Source: Bradymonadia bacterium (GTDB lineage Bacteria; Myxococcota_A; Bradymonadia; UBA7976; UBA1532). Taken from it: a stretch of DNA of 64,000 nt. A program made the translations under genes and the position numbers. The notes below the pieces were generated by a model. The model was not told where the DNA came from, searched no databases, and was given only the letters and a program-made list of their open reading frames with translations. Positions 40,298 to 49,345 of this stretch are shown in pieces (position 1 is the first letter of the stretch; each line of letters begins with the position of its first letter). The stretch is taken from NCBI GenBank assembly GCA_046290225.1, contig JBKAGE010000034.1:416001-480000 (forward strand). The letters run 5' to 3'.

Positions 40298-41665
40298 ATG
40301 GCCAAAACCTCGTTGAATATCGGGGAATTGAGTGGCCAGAGGAGTCGACATTTGAGCGCAGAAGACCTGACCAATCTACGCGTAGCCGTCCTGTGGCACG
40401 ACTCGGTGGTGGTCGAGAAGGTGATCCCCACAGGCAAGCCGGTAACCATCGGTGAGGGCCTGAAGAACACCCTCGTCCTGCCCGACGCCGCAGACATCGG
40501 CAACTCTCACCTGCTCTTCACACCAGAGAGCGGTGGCAGCTACACCCTGAACCTGACCAGCGACATGAAGGGTCGGATTCGCCACGACGGCGATGAGACT
40601 CAGATCGACGACCTTCGCAAGAAGAAGGGCAACTCGATCAGCATCAACGGTCATGATTGGGGCGTGGTCGATCTCGGTCCTCTGGCGGTGTTCTTCCAGT
40701 TCGTCGGCGACTCCGAGAAGATCGCCAAGAAGCCGTTCTGGGCCAACATGGAGACCGCCTTCCTCGGCGCTCTCCTCGCCGCCCTGCTGATCCAGTTCTC
40801 CTTCCTCATCGCTGCCTTCGTCTTCTGGGAAGAAGAGCCCGAGCTCACGGCCCTCGATCTGAGTGATCGGTTCGTGAAGTACATCGTGGAGAAGCCGCCC
40901 CCGGAGATCGAGGAAGAGGTCGAGGAAGAGTCCGTCGACGAAGATGTCGGTAAGAAGGCCGGCGGCGAAGAGGGCAAGTTCGGCGAAGAGGACAAGATCG
41001 AGAAGTCCAAGGTGCCGAAGCGCGACGGTGAGATGGTCGACAAGATCAAAGACGTCGGCATCCACAAGGCGCTGGGGTCCAACCTCATCGCCCAGGGTCC
41101 ACTGAAGAACGTCTTCGGTGACAAGACCGGCTTCGACAGCAAGCTGAACGCTGCCATGAGCGGCATCGGTGACGAGCTGGTGGTTGGCCAGGGCGCTGGC
41201 GGCATGGGCCTCAAGGGCACCGGCTCCGGCGGCGGTGGTGAGGGCTTCGGCCGCATCCACGGCATGGGTCGCATCGACACCGGTGGTGGCCGTGGCACCC
41301 GCGCCAAGCTCGGCAAGAAGGGCAAGCGCAAGAAGAAGTCCCGCGTGAAGCGCGGCAAGGCCCTCGTCGGCGACTTCTGCAAGCAGTCCGACATTCTGAA
41401 GGTGGTGAACCGCCGTCAGCGCGGCCTGCAGTACTGCTACGAGAAGGAGCTACAGCGCAACCCCGAGCTCCAGGGTAAGGTCTCGATGTCCTGGCGCATC
41501 GGCCTCGACGGTAAGGTCATGAAGGTGCTCATCGAGAGCAGCTCCCTGGGCAGCCCCACTGTTGAAGGCTGCATGAAGCGCAACATCAGCCGCTGGCGCT
41601 TCCCCAAGCCCAACGGCGGTATCTGCCAGGTCAAGTTCCCCTTCGTCTTCAGCGCAGGGCTCTAA
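40298..41665 (+). CDS. AgmX/PglI (GltG-like, TonB C-terminal) membrane protein
   Basis: Cytoplasmic beta domain, single TM, acidic and Gly-rich linker, CYEKELQRNPELQGKV...CMKRNISRWRFPKP...FPFVF; strongly C/G-ending codons. Confidence 0.8.
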   Translation: MAKTSLNIGELSGQRSRHLSAEDLTNLRVAVLWHDSVVVEKVIPTGKPVTIGEGLKNTLVLPDAADIGNSHLLFTPESGGSYTLNLTSDMKGRIRHDGDETQIDDLRKKKGNSISINGHDWGVVDLGPLAVFFQFVGDSEKIAKKPFWANMETAFLGALLAALLIQFSFLIAAFVFWEEEPELTALDLSDRFVKYIVEKPPPEIEEEVEEESVDEDVGKKAGGEEGKFGEEDKIEKSKVPKRDGEMVDKIKDVGIHKALGSNLIAQGPLKNVFGDKTGFDSKLNAAMSGIGDELVVGQGAGGMGLKGTGSGGGGEGFGRIHGMGRIDTGGGRGTRAKLGKKGKRKKKSRVKRGKALVGDFCKQSDILKVVNRRQRGLQYCYEKELQRNPELQGKVSMSWRIGLDGKVMKVLIESSSLGSPTVEGCMKRNISRWRFPKPNGGICQVKFPFVFSAGL

Positions 41666-41696
41666 CGGGCTCCGGCGCTCCGGCGGCGCCAGCCGC

Positions 41697-41805
41697 CCTG
41701 AGCGCGGCGATTTCACGAACAGCTCCGACCTTTCCGTCCTCGGCGCAGCGCTGCTGCGCCTGCGGGTGAAAGCCCGCATCTGCACGCGAACTCCCCACGC
41801 TCAGG
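41697..41805. repeat. Structured intergenic element (REP/MITE-like or ncRNA)
   Basis: Terminal inverted repeat CCTGAGCG/CGCTCAGG enclosing hairpins GGCGCAGC-gct-GCTGCGCC and TGCGGG-tgaaag-CCCGCA. Confidence 0.55.
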
Positions 41806-42002
41806 ACGACTGTCGCCACCTCCGCGCCTCCGCGGGGCAGGTGCTTGGCGTTTTTCTGATTGAGAGAGTTGATTGTGGGGTGGCCGGGGATCCTCCAACC
41901 CACCCCCATTCCTTGCCTTCATCTGACACCTCCCTCAGCTGACTCGGCCCTTCTCCCTCACCTCCAGTCAATCCCGAGAAGGAAGAGCCCCCATCAAGCC
42001 GT

Positions 42003-42130
42003 AGGCGCGGAGCGTGAGACGGAAGCACCGCCCAGACGCCGCAGATCGGCGCTCAGGTACGCACTGAAAGATTCGCAGGCGCGGAGCGTGAGCCGCAGAT
42101 CGGCGCTCAGGCACGCACTGAAAGACTCGT
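42003..42130. repeat. Two direct repeats of about 54 bp
   Basis: AGGCGCGGAGCGTGAG..CCGCAGATCGGCGCTCAGGYACGCACTGAAAGAYTCG twice; the first copy carries a roughly 20-nt insertion. Confidence 0.85.
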
Positions 42131-42226
42131 AGGTGCAGATAAGAAGACGCGGAGCAATAGAGGAAACAGAAGGAGGGAATGCTTGACTTGTATGCGGGGG
42201 TAGGATAAACAGGCGCCCGAAGCGGG

Positions 42227-42391
42227 TCAGAGATCGATGATGATCACGCGGGAGGGTTCTTCCTCCTCTTCCTGCTCACGCTCCTTCGGCTCCTCACGAT
42301 CGAGGGGCAGGCGAAGAGCAGGGCGCTCGTAGATACGGCGGCGCTCCTCTTCGCGGCGGCGGATTTGTTCGATGATGTATGCGTCCAGCAT
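42227..42391 (-). CDS. 54-aa charged small protein
   Basis: Below the track cutoff. MLDAYIIEQIRRREEERRRIYERPALRLPLDREEPKEREQEEEEEPSRVIIIDL, preceded by a GGAGGTG RBS, with host-like codons. Confidence 0.8.
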   Translation of the reverse strand: MLDAYIIEQIRRREEERRRIYERPALRLPLDREEPKEREQEEEEEPSRVIIIDL

Positions 42392-42768
42392 GATTCACCT
42401 CCGAATCATGAGTAGATTTGTGCATATCGCGGTTGCCCGAAAATCAGTCAACCCAGTCTATCAGATTCACGTGCGCAAACCTGATTGTGGAACCTTGTCC
42501 CAGGTACCTTAATCACGGCTGAGCGCGGTGACAGGTTGAATTTTGCATCAGTGCCCGGGTCAACGCAAACCGATGTAGGAAAACGTATGCATTGTGCATG
42601 AGTTCCAGCGGTTCGTTTTCCCGCGACATGTCACAGAACCAGGCCCATCAAAATCAGCTTACTCTTCTTGCAGACCCGGTACAGCATTTCTCATTCATCT
42701 AAACGCTGTTTTTGTCACCGGCGCCGCTCATTCTTGAGGATGAGCCAGACATCCCCATGGATTCTTTC

Positions 42769-43740
42769 TCAATCGTCTTCGTGACGACGTGCCTCGGCGC
42801 GGATTAAAAAAGCCGACTTTCTGCTGCCTACAGCGAGACGATGCGCGAAGAGCTCTGCCGTCAGGGTCTCCAGCAGCGCGTAGACCTCGGATCCTGGGGT
42901 GCACATCGGGCGATGCGCCCTCACCCGCTTCTCGAGAGCCTCCAAGCTCTCCAGCCAATCGTCGTACTCACCCAACATCATCGCCAGCAGATCGGACTCT
43001 GCCGCTGCAGAATATTGGGGCGCAGGTTGAGACTGCGCTGCCCCGAGATCCAGGGTGGTGGCCAGCAATGGGTGGGGCTGTTGAGGGGTCGGCGTACGAT
43101 GCACCACCGGCCGATGGCCCGGGGGTGTCACTTGGGCCATCTCCTTCGAAATGCGCACCTTGAGCGCCCTCAACTCACCCTCCACCCCTTGTTGCTCGTG
43201 CTGCGCCACCCTGAGCGCTCGCTGAGACTCGGCCAGTCGACACTCCAGGGCGTCGACGCTGGCTTGGCTCTCTTTGAGAGACTCCTCGAGGTGCATCACA
43301 TAGCTCTTGAGCGCCTCTTTGTCCGTCGGGTGTCGCTCTTGCGAGGATCCGTTGGAGGGTGACTTCGCCGCCTCGGCGAGGGCCGCCCCATCTACAGAGG
43401 CATCTGCTTCTTCGAGAAACTGGAGGACCAGACTGCCACAACGGATCAGATCACGACTGCTCAGTCGCTCGACATCGATGGACTCATCATTGAGCAATGT
43501 GCCATTGGCCGAGCCCAGATCCCGGACCAGAAACCCGTTTCGATCAGCGATCACCTCGCAGTGCCGACGCGAGACGCTGGCATCAGCAGTGACCAGATCA
43601 CAATGGGGGTGGCGACCGACGACGATGGATTTACGCCCTGGCGCGAGCAGAATCTCGCGCTGGCGCCCGCCTCGATCGATGTAGACCAGCCTCGCAGTCA
43701 CGAGAGATATCTCCGCTGACGTCCCAGTGTGGTTCGGCAA
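42769..43740 (-). CDS. FHA-domain protein with coiled coil
   Basis: VVGRHPHCD...VSRRHC...DLGSANGT, then a heptad-rich segment. Confidence 0.88.
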   Translation of the reverse strand: MPNHTGTSAEISLVTARLVYIDRGGRQREILLAPGRKSIVVGRHPHCDLVTADASVSRRHCEVIADRNGFLVRDLGSANGTLLNDESIDVERLSSRDLIRCGSLVLQFLEEADASVDGAALAEAAKSPSNGSSQERHPTDKEALKSYVMHLEESLKESQASVDALECRLAESQRALRVAQHEQQGVEGELRALKVRISKEMAQVTPPGHRPVVHRTPTPQQPHPLLATTLDLGAAQSQPAPQYSAAAESDLLAMMLGEYDDWLESLEALEKRVRAHRPMCTPGSEVYALLETLTAELFAHRLAVGSRKSAFLIRAEARRHEDD

Positions 43741-43761
43741 GCATCGTCCCTCAGGTGGTGC

Positions 43762-44409
43762 TCAATCACCACCCTCGATGATTTGCGCCAGCCGAACCCG
43801 ATCCACAATCTCTGCGAGACGATACTGAACATCGGCGTCGAGCTCTACAAAGCGAAAGGCCACATTGCCATCTTCGTAGTGTTGAACCACTTCGCCTTGG
43901 ACCACAACATGATCACCGCCCTTGTGACCGGGCACGTGCAATCTGAGCTCCGCGAACTCCCCTGGCGTCCAGTTGCCAGGCAAGGTGGCGCGCATGCCGC
44001 TGGGGCTGAGGACCACCTCTTCCACGCTCCACGCACCATCTTGCGGCACCACCGACAAATGATTGGCTCGGGGCAGGCGCTGGCCAACCCGTCGCGCGAG
44101 TAGACGCACGGTCACCTCAGCGCGGCCGTAGAGTCGTCGGTCACATGGCTTGAGCTCGGCGAGCAACTTGAGGCATGCAACGAAATCGCCCACCTCCACC
44201 AGCTCGACACGGGCGCGATAGACCGCGTCGTCGGTCTGCACCGCGATGACCCCCATGAGGCCCTCTTCCGGAGGGCGATCACCAGAGGTGCGCAGGGTGA
44301 GGGTCTTGGCGCCCCCATGCGTCACATAGCCGACCAGCGTCTTCAGCTGCCGGCCGTCCATGAAGTACAGCCGGGCTTCGTGGCCGACGGCTTCAGCTTC
44401 AGTCAGCAT
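43762..44409 (-). CDS. PilZ-domain protein
   Basis: DRRLYGR (RxxxR), LSPSGM, VQGEVV...VAFRFVEL; N-terminal YcgR-like barrel. Confidence 0.7.
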   Translation of the reverse strand: MLTEAEAVGHEARLYFMDGRQLKTLVGYVTHGGAKTLTLRTSGDRPPEEGLMGVIAVQTDDAVYRARVELVEVGDFVACLKLLAELKPCDRRLYGRAEVTVRLLARRVGQRLPRANHLSVVPQDGAWSVEEVVLSPSGMRATLPGNWTPGEFAELRLHVPGHKGGDHVVVQGEVVQHYEDGNVAFRFVELDADVQYRLAEIVDRVRLAQIIEGGD

Positions 44410-44512
44410 GCCGCCTCCCAGTTCAACATCAGGCCAGTTTATCGGTCAGGTGAGGGGTGAACTCAACAGCTGGATGCATGAGGTGGGTCCTCAAAGGTGG
44501 GCTCAGGGGGCT

Positions 44513-44971
44513 TCAGTGAATGCCGGCCTCGTCGAGATCGGTCTCGGGCACGCCCACCTCGAGGAGGATCTCGCGGGTCAGATCGTTCTTCGCAGCATAA
44601 TCAGGGAGGATCACCAGGAACTCCTGGCGCAGCTCGTCGGGGGCCTTGCGGGTGAGGCTGGCCTCGAGCTTCTGCTTGCGGGCCATCCAGATGGCACGCT
44701 CCGAGGGGAGCAGGGGCAGCTGCTTCTCGATGGTGCCGATGCGCTTGCCGTTCTTGAAGACGGGGGCCTTCTTGATCCGGGTACCCCGCTCGAGCATCTC
44801 CTCGATCTCGTCGATCTTGGCGCGGTTCTTCTCGACCGCCCGGCCCTGAAGCGCCTTGAGGTACTTGTTGAAGATGCCGCGCTGCGACTTGGAGATGGCA
44901 CCCTTCTCCCGAGCCTCAGCCGTGATGTTGCCGCGTCGGCCCTTGCCCTTGGTCTTGGCGCTCGCTGCCAT
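44513..44971 (-). CDS. Basic hypothetical protein, possibly nucleic-acid binding
   Basis: K/R-rich N-terminus, helical body, C-terminal EFLVILPDYAAKNDLTREILLEVGVPETDLDEAGI; highly biased codons. Confidence 0.75.
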   Translation of the reverse strand: MAASAKTKGKGRRGNITAEAREKGAISKSQRGIFNKYLKALQGRAVEKNRAKIDEIEEMLERGTRIKKAPVFKNGKRIGTIEKQLPLLPSERAIWMARKQKLEASLTRKAPDELRQEFLVILPDYAAKNDLTREILLEVGVPETDLDEAGIH

Positions 44972-45105
44972 GCTGTATCCCCTTTTCACCCGAGAGCAAC
45001 GCTTCGATGAAGCCGTCCTACTCTGTCATCGGTCTTGAATGGTATGTGTATGTAGTTTGGGCACTTTATGCGTCTGAAAGATCAGCGCATGTCATTGCCG
45101 GCCAG

Positions 45106-45134
45106 AATCTAGTTGTGGTCCTTGGGCGAGTCAA
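45106..45134 (-). promoter_or_regulatory. Sigma70-type promoter for the basic protein gene
   Basis: Minus strand TTGACT-N17-TAGATT. Confidence 0.65.
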
Positions 45135-45169
45135 ACACTTCGACACAAAGGCACCACAATGGGTCAAAC

Positions 45170-48100
45170 TCAGTCTCTCAGCCAGATTCGAGAGCGTCGA
45201 CGAGCAGCACACTCGAAGAGGTCTGCATCTCCGTCACCGTCGACGTCCAACACAGCGAAGTCAGCTGTGGCAACCGGTGTCTGTCCAACCAAAGCATCGC
45301 TGCCATCAAAGAAATTGGCGGTGCCATCGTTGAGGAGAATGAAGCTATTGACCGCATCGATCTGGCCATCTTGGAACAAGAGGCCGTATCCACCCACGAG
45401 GATGTCGAGATCACCGTCGTCGTCGAGATCGACGCTCACCGTTTCGAAGGCCGGGATGAGGGGCAGCCCTTGATTGCGCTCATGGGCCGGCTCGAACTGC
45501 CCGGTGCCGTCATTGAGGAAGATGCCCAGAGCCGGCTGGTCGGGCAGAGAGAGGCCTTCGATGTAGTCTTGAGGCAAGAGGACGTCGAGATCACCGTCGC
45601 TGTCGATGTCGGCCATTTCTGCGTGCAGCCAGTCACCGAGCAAGCTGTTGAAGGGTGACGGGCGGAAACTCAGGTTTCCAGGGACGTCACGACTCACCAG
45701 CAGACGGTTCTCGGCGGTCCTGAAGGCGTCGCTCAGGTTGTCGACCACAAGCACAGCGTCGGGCAGGCCGTCTCCGTCCACGTCACCAAACTCCACATCG
45801 TGGTCATGGACGTCACCTCGGCTGAAATAGACCTGATCGGAGATGTTCTGGTCGAAGATCCCTCGCCCATTGTTCAACAACAAGGTCTCAGGGCCATCGA
45901 CGTTGGCATTCTCCGGGTCACCAGTGTTGGCCAGGAAGATGTCGACGTCTCCATCCCCATCGATGTCGACGAGGGCAGCATCGTAGCTCGGTCCACCCAC
46001 CGGTATGCTGTTGTCAGGCTGGAAACGGCCACCTTCGTTTCGGAAGAAGCTATTGCTGGCGCTGGACAGGTTCGCCACGAACAAATCGAGATCGCCGTCG
46101 CCTTCTACGTCACCGAGAGAGACGTTCATCCCGTTCCCTTCTCGGGCGAGGGTGACCGACTCGAACCGACCATCAGCGCGCCCATAGTGCACCGTGGGAG
46201 GCTGCTCGATGCGCCCCACCATCCCCACAGAGCCGTTGGCCACCACAAGATCAGTAAAGCCATCTGCGTCGATATCTGCGGTCAGTACGTCATTGCAGTC
46301 ACCTTCAGGCTCGAAACGGGCATCGCCGTCGTCGTCGAATGCACGATAGGTGAAGCCGCCGGCGATGCGGGCACCGCGACGGTCGACGTTGAAGACAGAG
46401 ATCTCGGCCCCTCCTCGCACACCTGTGGGCGTCGTCAGCAGCCAACGCTCTTCGGAGAGTTGCGTCAGGGCTCGGGGCCTCTGGCCACCGATGCGCACGT
46501 CGAGACCAGCCCTCAAATCCACGCCCGTGAGCTCGACATTGGTGTATCCCGGGGTCAAACCTTCGTCGGGCCTCAACGCCGGGGCGATGTACTCGATGCC
46601 TTCGGCCCTGCCTGCCTCCCCCCCATCGGGGTTCACCACCAGCACGTCGGCAGGACCCGCTTCTCCTGGGGGTACGACCACCCTCAGCAAGGCATCACAC
46701 CCAGTGGTCACGGGGATCACTGACTCCGCGGCGACGCCATCGAAGAAGACCCGAGCGCCTGCCTCCAGGTCTCCCCCTTCGATCTGGGTCACGGTGCCAC
46801 CCCAGATCGGGTGAGTCGTGACGTCGATGTCGGTGATGATGGGTCGGACGCCGTACTCGGCGAGATTGTCCACCCGCGCCCGTCGACCATCAGGGTTCAC
46901 GACCTCGACTCTGACCGGCCCGGGAGGTCCGGGGGGCACCCTCAAGAGGGCGCTCATGCCATCAGGATCGATCTCGATGACTTCAGCGGGTACGCCGTTG
47001 AACAAGAACTGAGCGCCAGGCTCGAAATTGGCCCCCGTGAGTACGACTTCAGTGGGCCCACAGCGTGCGAGAACCGGCGTATCGAGCGTCTCGATCATCG
47101 GCGGCCCCACATACCTGAAACTGGTGGGGGCCACGTCGAACTGTCCGTCGGGGTTGATGACCGTGACATCGATGATGCCCGCGACCCCTGCCGGCGTGAT
47201 GCAGCTGAGCTGTCGCCCGTCGGGCGAGACAACGACATCGCTCGCCGGGCGCTCGTCGAGCAGGACGACGGCAGGTGCCCTGAAGTCCCGCCCGATGATC
47301 TGCATGGGGGTGCCGCCGAGGTCCGGGCCGGTCTCGGGCTGGAGTGCCTCGATCTCCGGCGGCGGCCAGTACGTGAACGCACCAGAGAGTCTGGACCGCT
47401 GACCGTCGGCTGCGACCCATTCGATGTCGTACACCCCTGCAGGTTGTGGCGGACTCTCGGCGAGCATACGGGTGTCGTCTATCCGCCTGACCGCGCTCGC
47501 CTCTGCGCCACCGAAGAGCACACGCCCCTCTTCACCGAGTGCCTCACCTGTGAGCATCACCAGGGTGCCGCCGAGCGTAGGGCCTTCTCGGGGGACGGCA
47601 GAGAGCAGTACTGGCGGCGGCTCGTAGGTAAAGGCCCCTGGGAGGGTCGTCGTCAGGCCCTGGCGCGCCACAAAGACATCTACAGCCCCCTGCTGCCCTG
47701 GTGGCGTCACCACAGACATCAAATGAGGCGAGATGATCTCGAGTTCACTGCCAACAGTGGCACCGAACCTGATTTCGGTGTCGAGGCTGAAGCCGCTGCC
47801 TTTCACCCATACGCGGGTGCCCCCGATGCTGGGACCTCGCTGAGGCGTGATGGCGTCTACATCAGGGGCCCTGCCTGCAGGGCCGATGAGCACTGTGGCT
47901 GGGGCATTGGGCGCGCTCGATGGCCACCGGGCCCGATCCCCGTTGGTGTCTCGAACCTCGATGAAGTAGAACAGGCGCGTGCCAGGCAGAAAGGGTGGGC
48001 CCTGAATACGACCCTCGAACCTGTCCCCCTGGCGCGACATGGAGATGCGGTAGCACGTGGGCAGGCCTGACTCCACCGCACCGTCCGAGGGCTCCTCCAC

Positions 48101-48538
48101 CTGAGCGTCTGGGAGGCCAGCGTCCTCTGGGCCACCATCACCCAGGCCTCCGTCCTCGACCGCCCCACCGTCGAGCCCGCCATCAGACACGACGCCGGCA
48201 TCCACGCGCTCTGCAGGCGGCTGGGCGTCGGGGCTCGTGCGGCTCAGGTCGAGGGTGGGCGGCGCCAGGCACAGGGCCGGCAGGAATGCCTCGGGACCGT
48301 CAGGACTGACAAAGAGAGTGGCCTGCGTCGGCCCGTCACCAGGCCGTACGTCGGCATAGACCACATATGGTCCGCCAGTATCATCGGTGTTTTCGACGAA
48401 GGTCACCTGCTGGATGCTGGGCACCTTGTTCGGCGAGCAGCCCCAGAGGCTGAGGGCAGAGAGGGAGTATAGGGCGACGAGGGTGAGGAAGAGGTGGCGC
48501 CGAGGCGCGAAATCAAGAGCCCCTGGCACGAACATCAC
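45170..48538 (-). CDS. IPT/TIG-repeat and FG-GAP (integrin-like) beta-propeller lipoprotein
   Basis: Lipobox LWGC; about six PxxGPxxGGTxVxxxG...VVNPDG repeats; DxDGDGDxD repeats at the C-terminus. Confidence 0.88.
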   Translation of the reverse strand: MMFVPGALDFAPRRHLFLTLVALYSLSALSLWGCSPNKVPSIQQVTFVENTDDTGGPYVVYADVRPGDGPTQATLFVSPDGPEAFLPALCLAPPTLDLSRTSPDAQPPAERVDAGVVSDGGLDGGAVEDGGLGDGGPEDAGLPDAQVEEPSDGAVESGLPTCYRISMSRQGDRFEGRIQGPPFLPGTRLFYFIEVRDTNGDRARWPSSAPNAPATVLIGPAGRAPDVDAITPQRGPSIGGTRVWVKGSGFSLDTEIRFGATVGSELEIISPHLMSVVTPPGQQGAVDVFVARQGLTTTLPGAFTYEPPPVLLSAVPREGPTLGGTLVMLTGEALGEEGRVLFGGAEASAVRRIDDTRMLAESPPQPAGVYDIEWVAADGQRSRLSGAFTYWPPPEIEALQPETGPDLGGTPMQIIGRDFRAPAVVLLDERPASDVVVSPDGRQLSCITPAGVAGIIDVTVINPDGQFDVAPTSFRYVGPPMIETLDTPVLARCGPTEVVLTGANFEPGAQFLFNGVPAEVIEIDPDGMSALLRVPPGPPGPVRVEVVNPDGRRARVDNLAEYGVRPIITDIDVTTHPIWGGTVTQIEGGDLEAGARVFFDGVAAESVIPVTTGCDALLRVVVPPGEAGPADVLVVNPDGGEAGRAEGIEYIAPALRPDEGLTPGYTNVELTGVDLRAGLDVRIGGQRPRALTQLSEERWLLTTPTGVRGGAEISVFNVDRRGARIAGGFTYRAFDDDGDARFEPEGDCNDVLTADIDADGFTDLVVANGSVGMVGRIEQPPTVHYGRADGRFESVTLAREGNGMNVSLGDVEGDGDLDLFVANLSSASNSFFRNEGGRFQPDNSIPVGGPSYDAALVDIDGDGDVDIFLANTGDPENANVDGPETLLLNNGRGIFDQNISDQVYFSRGDVHDHDVEFGDVDGDGLPDAVLVVDNLSDAFRTAENRLLVSRDVPGNLSFRPSPFNSLLGDWLHAEMADIDSDGDLDVLLPQDYIEGLSLPDQPALGIFLNDGTGQFEPAHERNQGLPLIPAFETVSVDLDDDGDLDILVGGYGLLFQDGQIDAVNSFILLNDGTANFFDGSDALVGQTPVATADFAVLDVDGDGDADLFECAARRRSRIWLRD

Positions 48539-48556
48539 CTCCTCGGGGTTGAGCGC

Positions 48557-49009
48557 TTACTGGCCGAAAGTGTCGGCCTCTTCAGCGGTGGACACCACAT
48601 AAACCACGCCACCGGCGAGGATGGCCACGCCTGCGGCCACCAGAAGGGCGGTCTTGGACCCGCTCACCTGCTTGACGTTGCCCGTGTCGACATCACTCTT
48701 GAGGAGAAGGAGATCCTCGTCGGGCGCTACGAGCTGACCACGGGTCAGCGTGAAGTTGAAGGGCGAGATCTGGTGATACTGACCGCCCTTGTCGGTGACC
48801 CCAATCTTGGAGTTGGCGGTGACGTTGATCTCAGGGCCCTCTTCGGTCTTCACCTTCACAGCAGAAGACTCACCACCCTCTTGAACCTTGCCCAGCTCGT
48901 CCCAGGAGATTCGGTAGGTGTTGTAGCAGCCCAGTTGCCCGACCAGCAGGAGGGTGGCGGCCATCTTGGTCGCCGTCTTGAAAAGGGTCCGTCGCTTCAC
49001 GCGCATCAT
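48557..49009 (-). CDS. Small lipoprotein with C-terminal TM (start between 49000 and 49009)
   Basis: Lipobox QLGC; C-terminal ALLVAAGVAILAGGVVYVV. Confidence 0.65.
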   Translation of the reverse strand: MMRVKRRTLFKTATKMAATLLLVGQLGCYNTYRISWDELGKVQEGGESSAVKVKTEEGPEINVTANSKIGVTDKGGQYHQISPFNFTLTRGQLVAPDEDLLLLKSDVDTGNVKQVSGSKTALLVAAGVAILAGGVVYVVSTAEEADTFGQ

Positions 49010-49345
49010 CCTCCGGGCCCGTTGTGGTCCCATAGATATCGAGAGGCGCGAAATCTATCCGAGGTTGTTGGCTCTTGGAAAGTACAAAGGATTGCACCAT
49101 CGGGAATCCCCCCTTGCGGCCCCTTTCAGGCCCCCTCGAACGCTTGCGGCTCCACGCCCCCTCTGATATGGTCCGGCCATTGTCCGAATAATCTACAGTT
49201 GGCGTGCCAACATACCGTTGAAACTCATCAATCTCGGCGCTGTCCATACCCGTGAGTAAAGCATCCCCGTTGATGGCGATCATGTTTCTCGACATCGCGC
49301 GCTTTTCAGCAGTGTTCGACCTTGGTGGCAGGTGAGGCCCCGTAC

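Noticed and set aside
42003..42130. Possible mini CRISPR array
   Set aside because: Only two abutting copies, no regular unique spacers and no cas genes in the window.
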